A DNA stretch of 64,000 nucleotides from an uncultured Actinomycetes bacterium (GCA_963710985.1 CAVQCI010000001.1:193602-257601); one strand, 5' to 3'; positions 38,430 through 49,023 are shown, numbered from the stretch's first letter. Notes: generated by a model from the sequence alone, not told the origin. Program-made: numbers and translations.

Positions 38430-39842
38430 ATGGTCGTCAGCCAGGAAGAGCACCTCAAGGAACTGAGCAAGGGCTACCGGTTCGACTGGAAGGACCCGTC
38501 GCACGCGGTCTTCGAGCCGAAGCGCGGGCTGTCCGAGCGTGTGGTCGAGGAGATCTCCGCGCTCAAGAACGAGCCCGAGTGGATGCGGAAGATCCGGCTG
38601 AAGAGCCTGAAGTACTTCGAGAAGCGCCCGATGCCGTGGTGGGGCGCCGACCTTTCCGACATCGACTTCGACAACATCTACTACTTCATCCGCTCGACCG
38701 AGAAGCAGGCGTCGAACTGGGACGACCTCCCCGAGGACATCAGGGGCACCTGGGACAAGCTCGGGATCCCCGAGGCCGAGAAGAAGTACCTCGGCGGCGT
38801 GAGCGCCCAGTACGAGTCGGAGGTCGTCTACCACAAGATCAAGAAGGAACTCGACGACATCGGCGTGTTGTTCACCGACATGGACTCCGCGGTCCGCGAC
38901 TACCCGGACCTGGTCCGCGAGCACTTCGGCACGGTCATCCCACCCAACGACAACAAGTTCGCCTCGCTGAACACCGCCGTGTGGTCGGGCGGGTCGTTCA
39001 TCTACGTGCCGCCGGGCGTGCACGTCGACATCCCGTTGCAGGCCTACTTCCGGATCAACGCCGAGAACATGGGCCAGTTCGAGCGGACGATGATCATCGC
39101 CGACGAGGGCTCCTACGTGCACTACGTGGAGGGCTGCTCGGCGCCGATCTACTCGAGCGACTCGCTGCACTCGGCCGTGGTCGAGATCAAGGCGATGAAG
39201 GGCGCGCGGGTCCGCTACACGACGATCCAGAACTGGTCGACGAACGTGTACAACCTCGTGACCAAGCGCGCGGCCGCCTACGAGGACGCCGTGATGGAGT
39301 GGGTCGACGGCAACATCGGCTCGAAGGTCACGATGAAGTACCCGTCGATCTACCTGCTCGGTCGGGGCGCGCGCGGAGAGATCCTGTCGGTCGCGTTCGC
39401 CGGCAAGGGGATGCACACCGACGCCGGCGGCAAGGCGATCCACGCCGCGCCGAACACCACCAGCGTGATCACCTCGAAGTCGGTGTCGAAGGACGGCGGC
39501 CGGACCGGCTACCGCGGCCTCGTCAGGGTCGAGCCCGAGGCGCATCACGCGAAGAGCACCGTGCGGTGCGACGCGCTGATCCTCGACGACTTCTCCCGCT
39601 CCGACACCTACCCGTACATCGAGGTGGAGGACGAGACGGCCGCGCTCGGCCACGAGGCCACGGTCTCGAAGGTCGGCGACGACCAGCTCTTCTACCTGAT
39701 GAGCCGGGGCCTGTCGGAGAACGAGGCGACCGCGATGATCGTGAACGGCTTCATCGAGCCGATCACCCGCGAGCTCCCGATGGAGTACGCGGTCGAGCTG
39801 AACCGCCTGATCGAGCTGCAGATGGAGGGCTCGGTCGGCTAG
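38430..39842 (+). CDS. sufB: Fe-S cluster assembly protein SufB
   Basis: The start is the internal ATG at residue 34 of ORF 38331..39842. The 470 aa include [30 protein letters not shown] and FYLMSRGL. There is no intein-sized insert. Confidence 0.95.
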   Translation: MVVSQEEHLKELSKGYRFDWKDPSHAVFEPKRGLSERVVEEISALKNEPEWMRKIRLKSLKYFEKRPMPWWGADLSDIDFDNIYYFIRSTEKQASNWDDLPEDIRGTWDKLGIPEAEKKYLGGVSAQYESEVVYHKIKKELDDIGVLFTDMDSAVRDYPDLVREHFGTVIPPNDNKFASLNTAVWSGGSFIYVPPGVHVDIPLQAYFRINAENMGQFERTMIIADEGSYVHYVEGCSAPIYSSDSLHSAVVEIKAMKGARVRYTTIQNWSTNVYNLVTKRAAAYEDAVMEWVDGNIGSKVTMKYPSIYLLGRGARGEILSVAFAGKGMHTDAGGKAIHAAPNTTSVITSKSVSKDGGRTGYRGLVRVEPEAHHAKSTVRCDALILDDFSRSDTYPYIEVEDETAALGHEATVSKVGDDQLFYLMSRGLSENEATAMIVNGFIEPITRELPMEYAVELNRLIELQMEGSVG

Positions 39843-39906
39843 CGGCGACACCGCAGACCGAACAGCACGGTACGGCGGAGGACAGGCCGCGGGTCTGTCC
39901 TCTTCC

Positions 39907-41223
39907 ATGGAGAGGACCGGGATGACCGAGCAGACGACGTTCGACGAGCGGGCGCTGGCGGCGCTGCCGGAGGGCCCCGCGTTCATCGGCGCGCTGCGGG
40001 AGCAAGCGTTCCACGAGTTCCGGGCGTTGCCCGTGCCGTCGCAGGAGACGGAGGAATGGCGCTACACCGACCTTTCGGGGTTCGCGCTCGACTTCGCGCC
40101 GTACACGCGAGGCGCTGGACCGCAGGCCGTCGACCGGCACGGCATCCTGGCGGCGACGGGCGTGGTCGGTGAGCGGGCGGGGCTGCAGATCCAGCACAAC
40201 GGCGACGTGATCTCCACTCAGCGCGCGCTCGGCCTCGAGGACAAGGGCGTGTGGTTCGGCGATCTCGACCGGGCGGTCGCGGAGCGTCCGGACCTGATCG
40301 AGCGCCACCTCTTCGACGTCGTCCCGGCGAAGCGAACGAAGTTCACGGCGCTGCATGCCGCGTTCCGCACCGGCGGGACCTTCGTGTACGTGCCGCCGGA
40401 TGTCGCGGTCGAGTTGCCGTTGCAGACCCTCACCTACGTCGACGCCGACGGCGCCGCGGTGTTCCCGCACACGCTCCTGGTGGTCGGCCGGGGCTCCGAG
40501 GTGACGTTCGTTGACCGGTTCGTCTCGCCGGACCTCACGCGGGTGCTGAGCGACGCGATCACCGAGATCGTGGTGGGCGACGGCGCCCACGTCCGGTACG
40601 TCTCGGCGCAGGAGTGGGGGGCCGGCGTCACGCACCTCGGGGTCGTCCGTGCACACGTCGGACGCGACGCCGAGATCCGAACCCTCGCGATCGGGTTCGG
40701 CGCCGACCTCTCGCGGGTCGAGAACGAGGTCGTGCTCGCGGAGCCGGGCGGCTTCTCCGAGCAGCTCGGCGTGTTCTTCGGCGACGGGCACCAGCACTTC
40801 GACCATCGCTCGATCCAGGACCACGTGGCGCCGAACTGCACGAGCGACCTCCTCTACAAGGGAGCGCTCCGCGACGAGTCGCGCGCGGTCTACAGCGGCT
40901 GGGTGCACGTCCGCCCCGGCGCGCAGAAGACGAACGCGATGCAGACCTCCCGCAACATCGTGCTGTCCGAGCACGCGAAGGCCGACGCGATCCCGAACCT
41001 CGAGATCGAGGCGAACGACGTGCGGTGCGGCCACGCGGCGAGCGTCGGGCCGGTCGACGAGGAAGCGGTCTTCTACGCCGAGAGCCGCGGGATCCCGCAC
41101 GACGAGGCGGAGCGCCTGATCGTGAGCGGGTTCTTCCAGGAGGTGCTCGACCGCGTCGCGCTCGACGAGGTTCGAGAGAGCGCGGAGGCTGCGATCGCGG
41201 CCGAGCTCGGGGGGATCGGCTGA
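39907..41223 (+). CDS. sufD: Fe-S cluster assembly protein SufD
   Basis: ORF 39907..41223(+). The alternative ATG at 39922 has a better-spaced GGAGAGGA. It has EEWRYTDL and C-terminal beta-helix repeats (..NLEIEANDVRCGHAASVGPVDEEAVFYAESRGI). Confidence 0.9.
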   Translation: MERTGMTEQTTFDERALAALPEGPAFIGALREQAFHEFRALPVPSQETEEWRYTDLSGFALDFAPYTRGAGPQAVDRHGILAATGVVGERAGLQIQHNGDVISTQRALGLEDKGVWFGDLDRAVAERPDLIERHLFDVVPAKRTKFTALHAAFRTGGTFVYVPPDVAVELPLQTLTYVDADGAAVFPHTLLVVGRGSEVTFVDRFVSPDLTRVLSDAITEIVVGDGAHVRYVSAQEWGAGVTHLGVVRAHVGRDAEIRTLAIGFGADLSRVENEVVLAEPGGFSEQLGVFFGDGHQHFDHRSIQDHVAPNCTSDLLYKGALRDESRAVYSGWVHVRPGAQKTNAMQTSRNIVLSEHAKADAIPNLEIEANDVRCGHAASVGPVDEEAVFYAESRGIPHDEAERLIVSGFFQEVLDRVALDEVRESAEAAIAAELGGIG

Positions 41224-41537
41224 TGGGGGCCGTCCGCGTGTGTACACGCACCGACGTGCCCGAGGGCGCAGCGAAGCGGTTCGCGGTGGACGGACGAGAG
41301 GTGGCCGTGGTGAACCTCGGCGACGACGGCTTCCGCGCGGTCGACGCCGTGTGCTCGCACGAGCACGCGTGGCTCGACGAGGGCGACGTGGACGTGGACC
41401 TGGCGACGATCGAATGCCCGAAGCACGGCTCCACGTTCGACCTGGCGACCGGACGGGCGCGGACCCTGCCGGCGATCCAGCCCGTGACGGTCTACCCGGT
41501 CACGGTTGACGGCGACGACATCCTGATCGAGGTGTGA
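41223..41537 (+). CDS. Rieske (2Fe-2S) ferredoxin-like protein embedded in the suf operon
   Basis: The ATG overlaps the sufD stop (TGATG), in the tail of ORF 40614..41537. The 104 aa carry the CSHEH..CPKHG Rieske ligands. Confidence 0.85.
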   Translation: MGAVRVCTRTDVPEGAAKRFAVDGREVAVVNLGDDGFRAVDAVCSHEHAWLDEGDVDVDLATIECPKHGSTFDLATGRARTLPAIQPVTVYPVTVDGDDILIEV

Positions 41538-41538
41538 C

Positions 41539-42337
41539 ATGAGCGAGACGAACGGCAGCACCCCGGCAACCCTCGAGGTGCGGGACCTGCACGCGAGCGT
41601 CGAGGGCAAGGAGATCCTGCGCGGGATCGACCTGGTGGTCCGTCAGGGCGAGATCCATGCACTCGATGGGCCCGAACGGGTCGGGCAAATCCACGCTGAG
41701 CAACGTGATCATGGGCCGGCCCGGCTACGTGGTGACGGGTGGCCAGGTGGTCTTCAACGGCGAGGACATCACCGCGCTCACCCCGGACGAGCGGGCCAAG
41801 CGCGGCCTCTTCCTCGCGATGCAGTACCCGACCGAGATCCCCGGCGTGTCGGTCGTGAACTTCCTGCGGACGGCCTACCAGTCGATCAAGGGGACCCAGG
41901 TCTCGGCGCTCGAGTTCCGCCGGCACATGAAGTCGCAGATGGACCGCCTCGGGATCGAGGACGCGATGGTGCAACGCTACGTGAACCAGGGCTTCAGCGG
42001 TGGCGAGAAGAAGCGCAACGAGGTCTTGCAGCTCGCGGTGCTGGAGCCGTCGATCGCGCTGCTCGACGAGACCGACTCGGGTCTGGACATCGACTCGCTC
42101 AAGCTGGTCGCCGAGAGCGTGAACGAGCTCGTGGGGCCCGACCTCGGCGTGCTCGTGATCACGCACTACCAGCGGATGCTGAACTACATCACGCCGCAGC
42201 GCGTTCACGTGATGATGAAGGGTCGTATCGTTCGCTCCGGCGGGCCGGAGCTCTCCCACGAGCTCGAGGACAAGGGCTACGAGGGGATCCGCAAGGAGCT
42301 CGGGCTGGCCGAGGACGCCGCTGCAGACGAGGAGTGA
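41539..42337 (+). pseudogene. sufC: Fe-S cluster assembly ATPase SufC, one frame break
   Basis: The N-terminus MSETNGSTPATLEVRDLHASVEGKEILRGIDLVVRQGEIHAL lies in ORF 41539... The Walker A motif onward (GPNGSGKSTL..FSGGEKKR..LDETDSGLD) lies in ORF 41657..42337. The break is near 41664-41666 (CTC-G-ATG). Confidence 0.85.
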
Positions 42338-42344
42338 GCCGGTC

Positions 42345-43577
42345 GTGACCGAAGCCCTGGACGTCGCCCTGATCCGCGAGGACTTCCCGATCCTCGCACG
42401 TGAATTCGACGGCAAGCCGCTCGTGTACCTCGACTCGGCGGCCACCGCACAGAAACCGCTGCCGGTGATCGAGGCCGAGAGTGAGTTCTACCGGCGGTAC
42501 AACGCGAACGCGCACCGCGGGATCTACACCCTCGGCGAAGAGGCGACCGAGCGGTTCGAGGGCGCTCGAGCGACGATCGCGCGCTTCTTCGGTGTGGAGG
42601 ACCCCGCCCGGCTGGTGTTCACACGCGGGACGACCGAGGCGATCAACCTTGTCTCGCACGGGTGGGGCGGCACGCATCTGCGCGAGGGCGACGAGATCCT
42701 CATCACCGAGATGGAGCACCATTCGAACATCGTGCCATGGCAGCTGGCCCGCGATGCGACCGGGGCGACCCTTCGGTACGTGCCGCTCACCGACGACGGG
42801 CTGCTCGACCTGTCCGACCTCGGGTCGTTGCTCACCGAGCGGACGAAGGTCTTCGCCGTGACGGGGATGTCGAACGCCCTCGGGACGATCCCGCCGCTCA
42901 AGCAGCTGATCGACGCGGCGCACGCCGTAGGCGCCGTGGCGGTCGTGGACGGCGCTCAGTCGGCGCCGCACCTCGCGACCGACCTCGAGGCGCTCGACGC
43001 CGACTTCTTCGCGTTCAGCGGCCACAAGATGCTCGGGCCGACGGCCTCGGGCGGGCTGATCGCCAAGCGGGAGCACCTCGAGGACATGGCCCCGATGTTC
43101 GGTGGCGGCGACATGATCCGCGAGGTCTTCCACGACCACGCCACCTGGAACGACGTGCCCTATCGGTTCGAGGCGGGGACGATGCAGGTCGCCCAGCAGG
43201 TCGGTCTGGCCGCCGCGGTCGAGTACCTGCAGGCGATCGGCATGGACGCGGTGCGTGAGCACGAGGTGGAATTGACGCGCTACGCGATGGATCGCCTGCT
43301 CGAAGCCGGCGCCACGGTGTTCGGCCCCAAGGACATGGAGATCCGCGGGGGCGCGGTGAGCTTCTGGTATCGCGACGTGCACCCCCATGACCTCGCGACG
43401 ATCCTGAACGACGACGGCGTGTGCATCCGCGCTGGGCACCACTGCGCGCAGCTCGTGATGCGGCGGTTCGGGACGCCCGCGACCGCGCGGGCGTCGTTCT
43501 ACGTCTACAACACGAGGGACGAGGTCGACGCCTTGGTGACCTCGCTCACCAAGGCGGGCGACATCTTCACGTTCTAG
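42345..43577 (+). CDS. sufS: cysteine desulfurase SufS
   Basis: ORF 42345..43577(+), 410 aa. It has the PLP lysine in FSGHKMLGP and the catalytic Cys in RAGHHCAQ. Confidence 0.9.
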   Translation: MTEALDVALIREDFPILAREFDGKPLVYLDSAATAQKPLPVIEAESEFYRRYNANAHRGIYTLGEEATERFEGARATIARFFGVEDPARLVFTRGTTEAINLVSHGWGGTHLREGDEILITEMEHHSNIVPWQLARDATGATLRYVPLTDDGLLDLSDLGSLLTERTKVFAVTGMSNALGTIPPLKQLIDAAHAVGAVAVVDGAQSAPHLATDLEALDADFFAFSGHKMLGPTASGGLIAKREHLEDMAPMFGGGDMIREVFHDHATWNDVPYRFEAGTMQVAQQVGLAAAVEYLQAIGMDAVREHEVELTRYAMDRLLEAGATVFGPKDMEIRGGAVSFWYRDVHPHDLATILNDDGVCIRAGHHCAQLVMRRFGTPATARASFYVYNTRDEVDALVTSLTKAGDIFTF

Positions 43578-43603
43578 GCTCTGTCCGACCGGAGGGACGA
43601 CAC

Positions 43604-44062
43604 GTGGCGCTCGACGACATCTACAAGGAAGTGATCCTCGATCACTACAAGAGCCCGAGGAACAAGCGGGACCTGCCGGGCGCGGAGCTGTCGTGCACTC
43701 GCAACAACCCGCTGTGCGGTGACGAGATCTCGGTGTTCGCCCACGTCGAGGACGGGAAGATCCTCGAGGTCACCTTCCAGGGCGCCGGCTGCTCGATCAG
43801 CCAGTCCAGCGCCTCGATGATGACCGAGGCGGTCGCGGCGCGCACCGTGGAGGACGCGCTCGGGCTCGCCGCCGACTTCCGCGGGATGATGGCCGGCGAC
43901 GTCGAGGCCACCGAAGAGCGGTTCGGCGACCTCGTGGCCCTCAAGGGCGTCGTGAAGTACCCGATCCGGATCAAGTGCGCGGTCCTCGCCTGGGACGTGC
44001 TCCAGGAGGCGCTCACGGGCGCCGGCGAGGCGAGCGGGGCACAGGCCCACTCCCTGGATTGA
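43604..44062 (+). CDS. sufU: Fe-S assembly sulfur-transfer/scaffold protein SufU
   Basis: The start is a GTG after GGAGGGA, in ORF 43421..44062. The 152 aa include NPLCGDE, GAGCSISQSSASMM and IRIKCAVLAW. Confidence 0.9.
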   Translation: MALDDIYKEVILDHYKSPRNKRDLPGAELSCTRNNPLCGDEISVFAHVEDGKILEVTFQGAGCSISQSSASMMTEAVAARTVEDALGLAADFRGMMAGDVEATEERFGDLVALKGVVKYPIRIKCAVLAWDVLQEALTGAGEASGAQAHSLD

Positions 44063-44103
44063 CCTGCGCCGCTCGCGGGGCGGAGCGGCGTAGGCTGCGC
44101 GTC

Positions 44104-45918
44104 GTGCGACGCGTCCTGGCCACGTCCCTCCTCGTTGCCGCCGCCCTGATGCTCTGGGCGGCGCCGGCGTCGGCGGCGGAGCGGATCGCGGACTACCGCG
44201 TGTGGCTGACCGTAGGCGCCGACGGCACGCTGGACGTGCGCGAGGTCATCGCCTACGACTTCGGCGACGCGCAACGCCACGGCATCTACCGCGACGTGCC
44301 GACCACGCTCCGCTACGACCGCACCTACGACCGGAGCTACCCGCTCACCGTGAAGCAGGTACGGATCGGCGACGGTTCGGGCGCGGGGTGGAGCGACGTC
44401 CCGTGGACGACCGAGTCCGTCGGCAACGGCGATACGCGGATCAAGATCGGCGACCCGGATCGGACGGTTACCGGCGTGCACACGTACGAGCTCGTCTACC
44501 GCGTCGACGGCGCCCTGAACACGTTCGCCGACCACCTCGAGCTCTACTGGAACGCGATCGGCACCGACTGGCCGGCGCCGATCGGCTCGGCACAGGTGCG
44601 CGTGCAGCTGCCGGGGACGGTCCTGCAGGTCGCGTGCTTCTCGGGCGCCCAGGGCTCCAGCCTGCCGTGCGAGCGCGCCCGGTCCTCGGGCTCGAGCGCC
44701 GCGTTCGCGCAGTCCGACCTGTGGCCCTACCAAGGGTTGACGGTGGTGGTCGCGATCCCGCGCGCGGCGGTGCAGCCGACGCCGACGCCGATCCTCGTTG
44801 AGCGCCTCACGTTCGCCAACGCCTTCCGCGTGACTCCGGTGCGCGGCGCCGCCGCCGGGGCGCTCGCGCTGTTCACGATCGGTGGCGCATCCGTCGTGGT
44901 GTGGCGGGTGGGACGCGATCGCCGCTTCCGCGGCTCGCAGGTCGATCAGGTGATGGGCGGCGCCGCCGGCGACGAGCCGGTCCCGATCGGCGACGCCGAC
45001 ACGTCGGCGCCGGTCGAGTTCGCCCCGCCCGAGGGGATCCGCCCCGGCCAGATCGGTCCGCTGCTCGACGACGAGGTTGTCACTCGCGACGCGTCGGTGA
45101 CGATCGTGGACCTCGCGGTCCGGGGCTACCTGCGGATCGAGGAGATCCCGAAGGAGGGGTTCTTCGGCAAACCCGACTGGCGGTTCGTGCGCTTGGCCGA
45201 GCTTGGCCCCGATCTGCTCACCTACGAGCGCAAGCTCCTGGACGGTCTGTTCGAGGACGGGGAGCAGGTGACGCTGTCCGCACTCCGGCTGCATTTCGCC
45301 GATCGACTGCAGCAGGTGAACGACGCGCTGTACGCCGACGTCGTGAAGGAGGGGTGGTTCCGCGAACGGCCCGACCGTGTGCGCTCGCGGTGGCGGGGCC
45401 GGGCGCTCCTCGCGCTGGTCGGGGCAGTGGCGCTGACCTGGTTCTTGGCGACGCGCTGGCACGTCGGGATCGTCGGGGTGCCGGTCGTGGTCGCAGCGCT
45501 GGTGCTCTGGTTCGGCGCGAAGCGAGCTCCGGCTCGCACCGCCAAGGGCACCGCGATGCTGCGCCGGGTCCGCGGCTTCCGGACCGTGATCGTGACCGCC
45601 GAGGCGAACATGGCGCGCTGGGCCGAGCAGGAGCACGTGTTCACCCGCTACCTGCCCTACGCGATGGTATTCGGGTGCACCGAGGAGTGGGTGCGGGCCT
45701 TCTCGGTCCTCGGGCAGACCCCCGCCGAGCTGAGCGCGTGGTACGTCTCGAGCCGGCCGTTCACGTTCGACACGTTCGGGCACGCGATGGACGGGTTCAC
45801 CGTGTCCACCGCGGGAACCCTCGCCGCGGTCCCCGCCGGCTCGGGGACGAGCGGGTTCTCCGGCGGCGGCGGGTTCTCCGGCGGCGGCGGCGGAGGAGGG
45901 GGTGGAGGGTCGTGGTGA
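44104..45918 (+). CDS. DUF2207 domain membrane protein
   Basis: The start is the GTG at residue 44 of ORF 43975..45918. It has a signal peptide, an extracellular domain (YRVWLTV..DVREVIAYDFG..HGIYRDVP), TM helices and a Gly-rich tail GGGGFSGGGGGGGGGGSW typical of the family. Confidence 0.75.
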   Translation: MRRVLATSLLVAAALMLWAAPASAAERIADYRVWLTVGADGTLDVREVIAYDFGDAQRHGIYRDVPTTLRYDRTYDRSYPLTVKQVRIGDGSGAGWSDVPWTTESVGNGDTRIKIGDPDRTVTGVHTYELVYRVDGALNTFADHLELYWNAIGTDWPAPIGSAQVRVQLPGTVLQVACFSGAQGSSLPCERARSSGSSAAFAQSDLWPYQGLTVVVAIPRAAVQPTPTPILVERLTFANAFRVTPVRGAAAGALALFTIGGASVVVWRVGRDRRFRGSQVDQVMGGAAGDEPVPIGDADTSAPVEFAPPEGIRPGQIGPLLDDEVVTRDASVTIVDLAVRGYLRIEEIPKEGFFGKPDWRFVRLAELGPDLLTYERKLLDGLFEDGEQVTLSALRLHFADRLQQVNDALYADVVKEGWFRERPDRVRSRWRGRALLALVGAVALTWFLATRWHVGIVGVPVVVAALVLWFGAKRAPARTAKGTAMLRRVRGFRTVIVTAEANMARWAEQEHVFTRYLPYAMVFGCTEEWVRAFSVLGQTPAELSAWYVSSRPFTFDTFGHAMDGFTVSTAGTLAAVPAGSGTSGFSGGGGFSGGGGGGGGGGSW

Positions 45919-45955
45919 CGCGTCGGGCGACGTCATGGGCCCGTAGCATGGGCCG

Positions 45956-46948
45956 GTGCGCATCGTGTTCAGCGAAGATGGGCGGGACTTCCAGCGCCGC
46001 GACTGGTCCGACCTCGTCCGGGCCGACCCCGGCGGCAGCTTCTTCCACCTACCGCGCTACCTGAAGCTCTACTGGGAGGAGTTCGGGGAGACCCCAGAGC
46101 ATCTGCTCCTCGCCTTCGGCGAGGACGAGGCGGGAGAGCAGGTGGCGGCGGTCGCCTTCGAGCGGATCGGGCGGACGCTGCGGTTCCTCGGTGGCACCGA
46201 GGTGACCGACTACATGGGTCCCGTCGCGCTCCCGGCGCATCGGACGCAAGCGGCGAAGGAGTTGTGGGCCGCGCTCCTCACGCGCGAGGACTGGGACGAG
46301 GCCGACCTGTGGGGCCTTGGCGAGGCGGGCGGCTGGTACGACATGCTGGAGGAGGCCGCGGCAGCGGCGGGGCTCGCGGTGCAGGAGGCGCCCGACCACG
46401 ACGGCGTCGCGCCGTTCCTCGCGCTCGCGTCAACCTGGGACGCCTACCTCGAAGGGCTCCCCGCGAAGCAGCGCCACGAGCTGAAGCGCAAGGCGAAGAA
46501 GTTGGAGACCGAGGCTGGCCCCGTGGCGATCCGCGTGGCCGACGCGGACACGCTCACGCCGATGCTGGACCGGTTCGTGGAACTCCACCGGATGAGCGAG
46601 GGGCCCAAGGGCGTGTTCATGGTGCCCGGGATGGAGATCTTCTTCCGCCGACTCGGCGAGGAGTTCCTCGCGGAGGGGACCTTCCGGCTCGCGTTCATCG
46701 AGGTGGGGGGCCAGCTCGCCGCGGGCACGATCGGGTTCGCGTGCCACGGCACGTTCTACCTGTACAACTCTGCGTACGATCACACGTGGGGCACGTTGGC
46801 GCCCGGCATGGTCCTGGTGGGCGAGGACATCCGCATGGCGATCGAGGACGGGCTCGAGGCGTTCGACCTGTTGAAGGGCGACTACGCCTACAAGTACCGG
46901 TTCGGAGCGCTGCCGCGGCGGGTGCGCCGGTTGGTGATCCGGCGCTAG
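45956..46948 (+). CDS. GNAT family N-acetyltransferase (FemAB/CelD-like, Acetyltransf_6)
   Basis: ORF 45956..46948(+), 330 aa. The C-terminal YLYNSAYD..LAPGMVL..AFDLLKGDYAYKYRFGA resembles BioF2-like/CelD acyltransferases. Confidence 0.65.
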   Translation: MRIVFSEDGRDFQRRDWSDLVRADPGGSFFHLPRYLKLYWEEFGETPEHLLLAFGEDEAGEQVAAVAFERIGRTLRFLGGTEVTDYMGPVALPAHRTQAAKELWAALLTREDWDEADLWGLGEAGGWYDMLEEAAAAAGLAVQEAPDHDGVAPFLALASTWDAYLEGLPAKQRHELKRKAKKLETEAGPVAIRVADADTLTPMLDRFVELHRMSEGPKGVFMVPGMEIFFRRLGEEFLAEGTFRLAFIEVGGQLAAGTIGFACHGTFYLYNSAYDHTWGTLAPGMVLVGEDIRMAIEDGLEAFDLLKGDYAYKYRFGALPRRVRRLVIRR

Positions 46949-46963
46949 CCGGGAGCGCCGCCG

Positions 46964-47806
46964 CTACGCGTAGGCCCGGATCGTCCTCAGGATCAGGTCT
47001 GCCAAGCCGGTGTCGGCGCCCAAGACGACGGCGCCGGAGTCGAGCACGGCGTCGGGGGACAGGCGCTGGCCCGCCACCAACGCGAACTGCGGGGCGCGCC
47101 CGATCAGGACCGCGTCGGGCTTCTTGTTGGGAGGCGGCACTTCGCCGGCGCCCAAGCCCCAGTGCCATGAGCCCTCGCCGGCGCCCTCGAGGTCGATCTG
47201 GACGGTGCGGCCACGGGCGTCGTATCCGGCGCGGGCGAGCGCCCACGGGAGCATGCGAACGCCGAGGTCGACCGTCAGGTGCACCGGCCAGTGCTGCCAC
47301 ATCACCTGCCACCCGTTCGCGACACCGTTCGTGGCGCGCATGTCCTCGCCGTGCAGGAACCACTCGACGAGGCGGGACTGGATCAGGTACCGGGGCGCGA
47401 TCTCGCCGGCGAGCCAGGGGTAGCGCTTCGTCTCCCACTCCTCAGGCGACAGGCGCGCCGCGAATTCGAGCACCGCCTCCGCGGCCTTGCCCCAGACCTC
47501 CAGGATCTGGCGGACCTCCATGCCCGAGCGCCGGTTCACGGTCCAGGCGTTCCACCCGTCGACCGAGAACGACCCGTCGCCATGTTGGGTGCGGTACTCC
47601 TCGAGCTCTTCGGCGGCCTCGCCAGCGAACAGCTGCGCCGCCGCGGTGTCCGACGCGGCGAGGTGCGCCATCACGTCGCGGTTCCACCAGCCTGCGGCGG
47701 CGCTCGGGATCTCCCACGACGACGGCTCCGCGTACTGGATCATCCTGCCGAGGCGCTGCCGTTCGGCGTGTGCGACCCCCAGCAGCTGTTCGCGGTTGAC
47801 CGTCAC
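46964..47806 (-). CDS. maleylpyruvate isomerase family mycothiol-dependent enzyme (DinB fold)
   Basis: The start is the GTG at the C-terminal 280 aa of ORF 46964..48382(-), giving VTVNREQLLGVAHAERQRLGRMI..WNRDVMAHLA. This is the TIGR03083-type N-terminus. Confidence 0.75.
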   Translation of the reverse strand: MTVNREQLLGVAHAERQRLGRMIQYAEPSSWEIPSAAAGWWNRDVMAHLAASDTAAAQLFAGEAAEELEEYRTQHGDGSFSVDGWNAWTVNRRSGMEVRQILEVWGKAAEAVLEFAARLSPEEWETKRYPWLAGEIAPRYLIQSRLVEWFLHGEDMRATNGVANGWQVMWQHWPVHLTVDLGVRMLPWALARAGYDARGRTVQIDLEGAGEGSWHWGLGAGEVPPPNKKPDAVLIGRAPQFALVAGQRLSPDAVLDSGAVVLGADTGLADLILRTIRAYA

Positions 47807-47913
47807 GGATGGAGACTCCCTTCCCCTCGGCTGGCCCCGGCTCGCGGCCCAGCTCGCGGCCTTGTGGGCTGCAGCAAGCGGGGCCAGCGACGGCCGGATT
47901 GTACAGTCGGGCG

Positions 47914-49023
47914 ATGCATGTCCTGGTCTGCCCCGACAAGTTCCGGGGAACGGCGACCGCCCCGCAGGTCGCCGAGGCGCTCGAGACCGGGTGGCGTCGG
48001 GCGAGACCCGACGACGTCGTGCACCTGCTGCCCCTGGCCGACGGCGGCGAGGGCACGCTGGAGGCGCTCGCCACGCGGGAGCCGCTGCGGCGTGTGAGCG
48101 TCGCCGGTCCGCTCGGCGACCCGGTCGAAGCCACGTTCGCGCTCCGCGCCGACGGGACGGCGCTGATCGAGTCGGCACGCGCGGTCGGGCTCGACCTGCT
48201 GTCACCGGCGCGCCGGGACCCTCGCCGGACCACGACGCGCGGCGTCGGCGACCTGGTCGCGGCGGCGTTGGATGCCGGCGCGCGCCGGATCCTGGTCGGG
48301 CTCGGGGGCTCCGCCACCAACGACGGCGGGGCCGGACTCGCGCAGGCGCTCGGGGCTCGGCTGCTCGACGCGTCGGGAACACCGGTGGGCCCCGGCGGGC
48401 TCGCCCTGCTCGCGCTGGCCCGGATCGATCTACGCGACCTGGATCCGCGCCTTTCCCACGTCGAGGTGGTCGGGTTGACCGACGTCGACAACCCGCTCAC
48501 GGGGCCCCACGGTGCGAGCGCGGTGTTCGGGCCGCAGAAGGGGGCGAGCCCGGACGACGTGTGGACCTTGGAACTCGCGCTCGGGCAGCTCGCGGCGGTG
48601 GTCCGTCGTGACCTCGGCCTGGACGTCGCGGGCGAGCCCGGGGCGGGTGCCGCCGGCGGCCTTGGCTACGGGCTCTGCGTGTTCCTCGGCGCGCGGCTGC
48701 GCTCCGGCGCGGCGACGGTCGCCTCGGTGGTCGGCTTGCAGGAGCTGGTGGCCGCGGCCGACCTGGTGGTGACCGGCGAGGGGGCGCTCGATCCGACCTC
48801 GCTCGGCACCAAGGTGGTGGGAGAGGTCCTGCGGATGGCCGAGCTCTGCGGACGGCCGGTCGTCGTCGTGTGCGGTCGCGCCGAGGTGCGTCCGCCCGGT
48901 CTCGACGTCGTCGCGCTCGTCGACGAGGTCGGGGAGGACGCGGCGCTCGGCGACGCACGAGGCGCGCTGGTGAGGGTCGCGGAGCGTCTCGCCGGCCGCG
49001 CCGGGGCAGCCACGGAGGTGTGA
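47914..49023 (+). CDS. glxK: glycerate kinase
   Basis: The start is the internal ATG at residue 36 of ORF 47809..49023. It has MHVLVCPDKFRGT, LADGGEGT and GGSATNDGGAG. TACAGT lies 6 nt upstream of the ATG, so the transcript may be leaderless. Confidence 0.85.
   Translation: MHVLVCPDKFRGTATAPQVAEALETGWRRARPDDVVHLLPLADGGEGTLEALATREPLRRVSVAGPLGDPVEATFALRADGTALIESARAVGLDLLSPARRDPRRTTTRGVGDLVAAALDAGARRILVGLGGSATNDGGAGLAQALGARLLDASGTPVGPGGLALLALARIDLRDLDPRLSHVEVVGLTDVDNPLTGPHGASAVFGPQKGASPDDVWTLELALGQLAAVVRRDLGLDVAGEPGAGAAGGLGYGLCVFLGARLRSGAATVASVVGLQELVAAADLVVTGEGALDPTSLGTKVVGEVLRMAELCGRPVVVVCGRAEVRPPGLDVVALVDEVGEDAALGDARGALVRVAERLAGRAGAATEV

Noticed and set aside
38430-39842. A possible intein in SufB, as in M. 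tuberculosis.
   Set aside because: The protein is 470 aa with contiguous conserved blocks, so there is no insertion of intein size.
36533-39925. A 1130-aa ORF that appears to fuse the subtilase with downstream sequence across sufB.
   Set aside because: Only the first roughly 470 residues are protease-like. After the frame break near 37938 the ORF runs in a non-coding frame through the terminator and across sufB. The real protease C-terminus is in ORF 37953..38255.
45835-45918. A GGC-rich run encoding GGGGFSGGGGGGGGGGSW at the end of the DUF2207 gene, considered as a tandem repeat or contingency locus.
   Set aside because: A Gly-rich C-terminal tail is a normal feature of DUF2207 proteins. 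The run is in frame and short.
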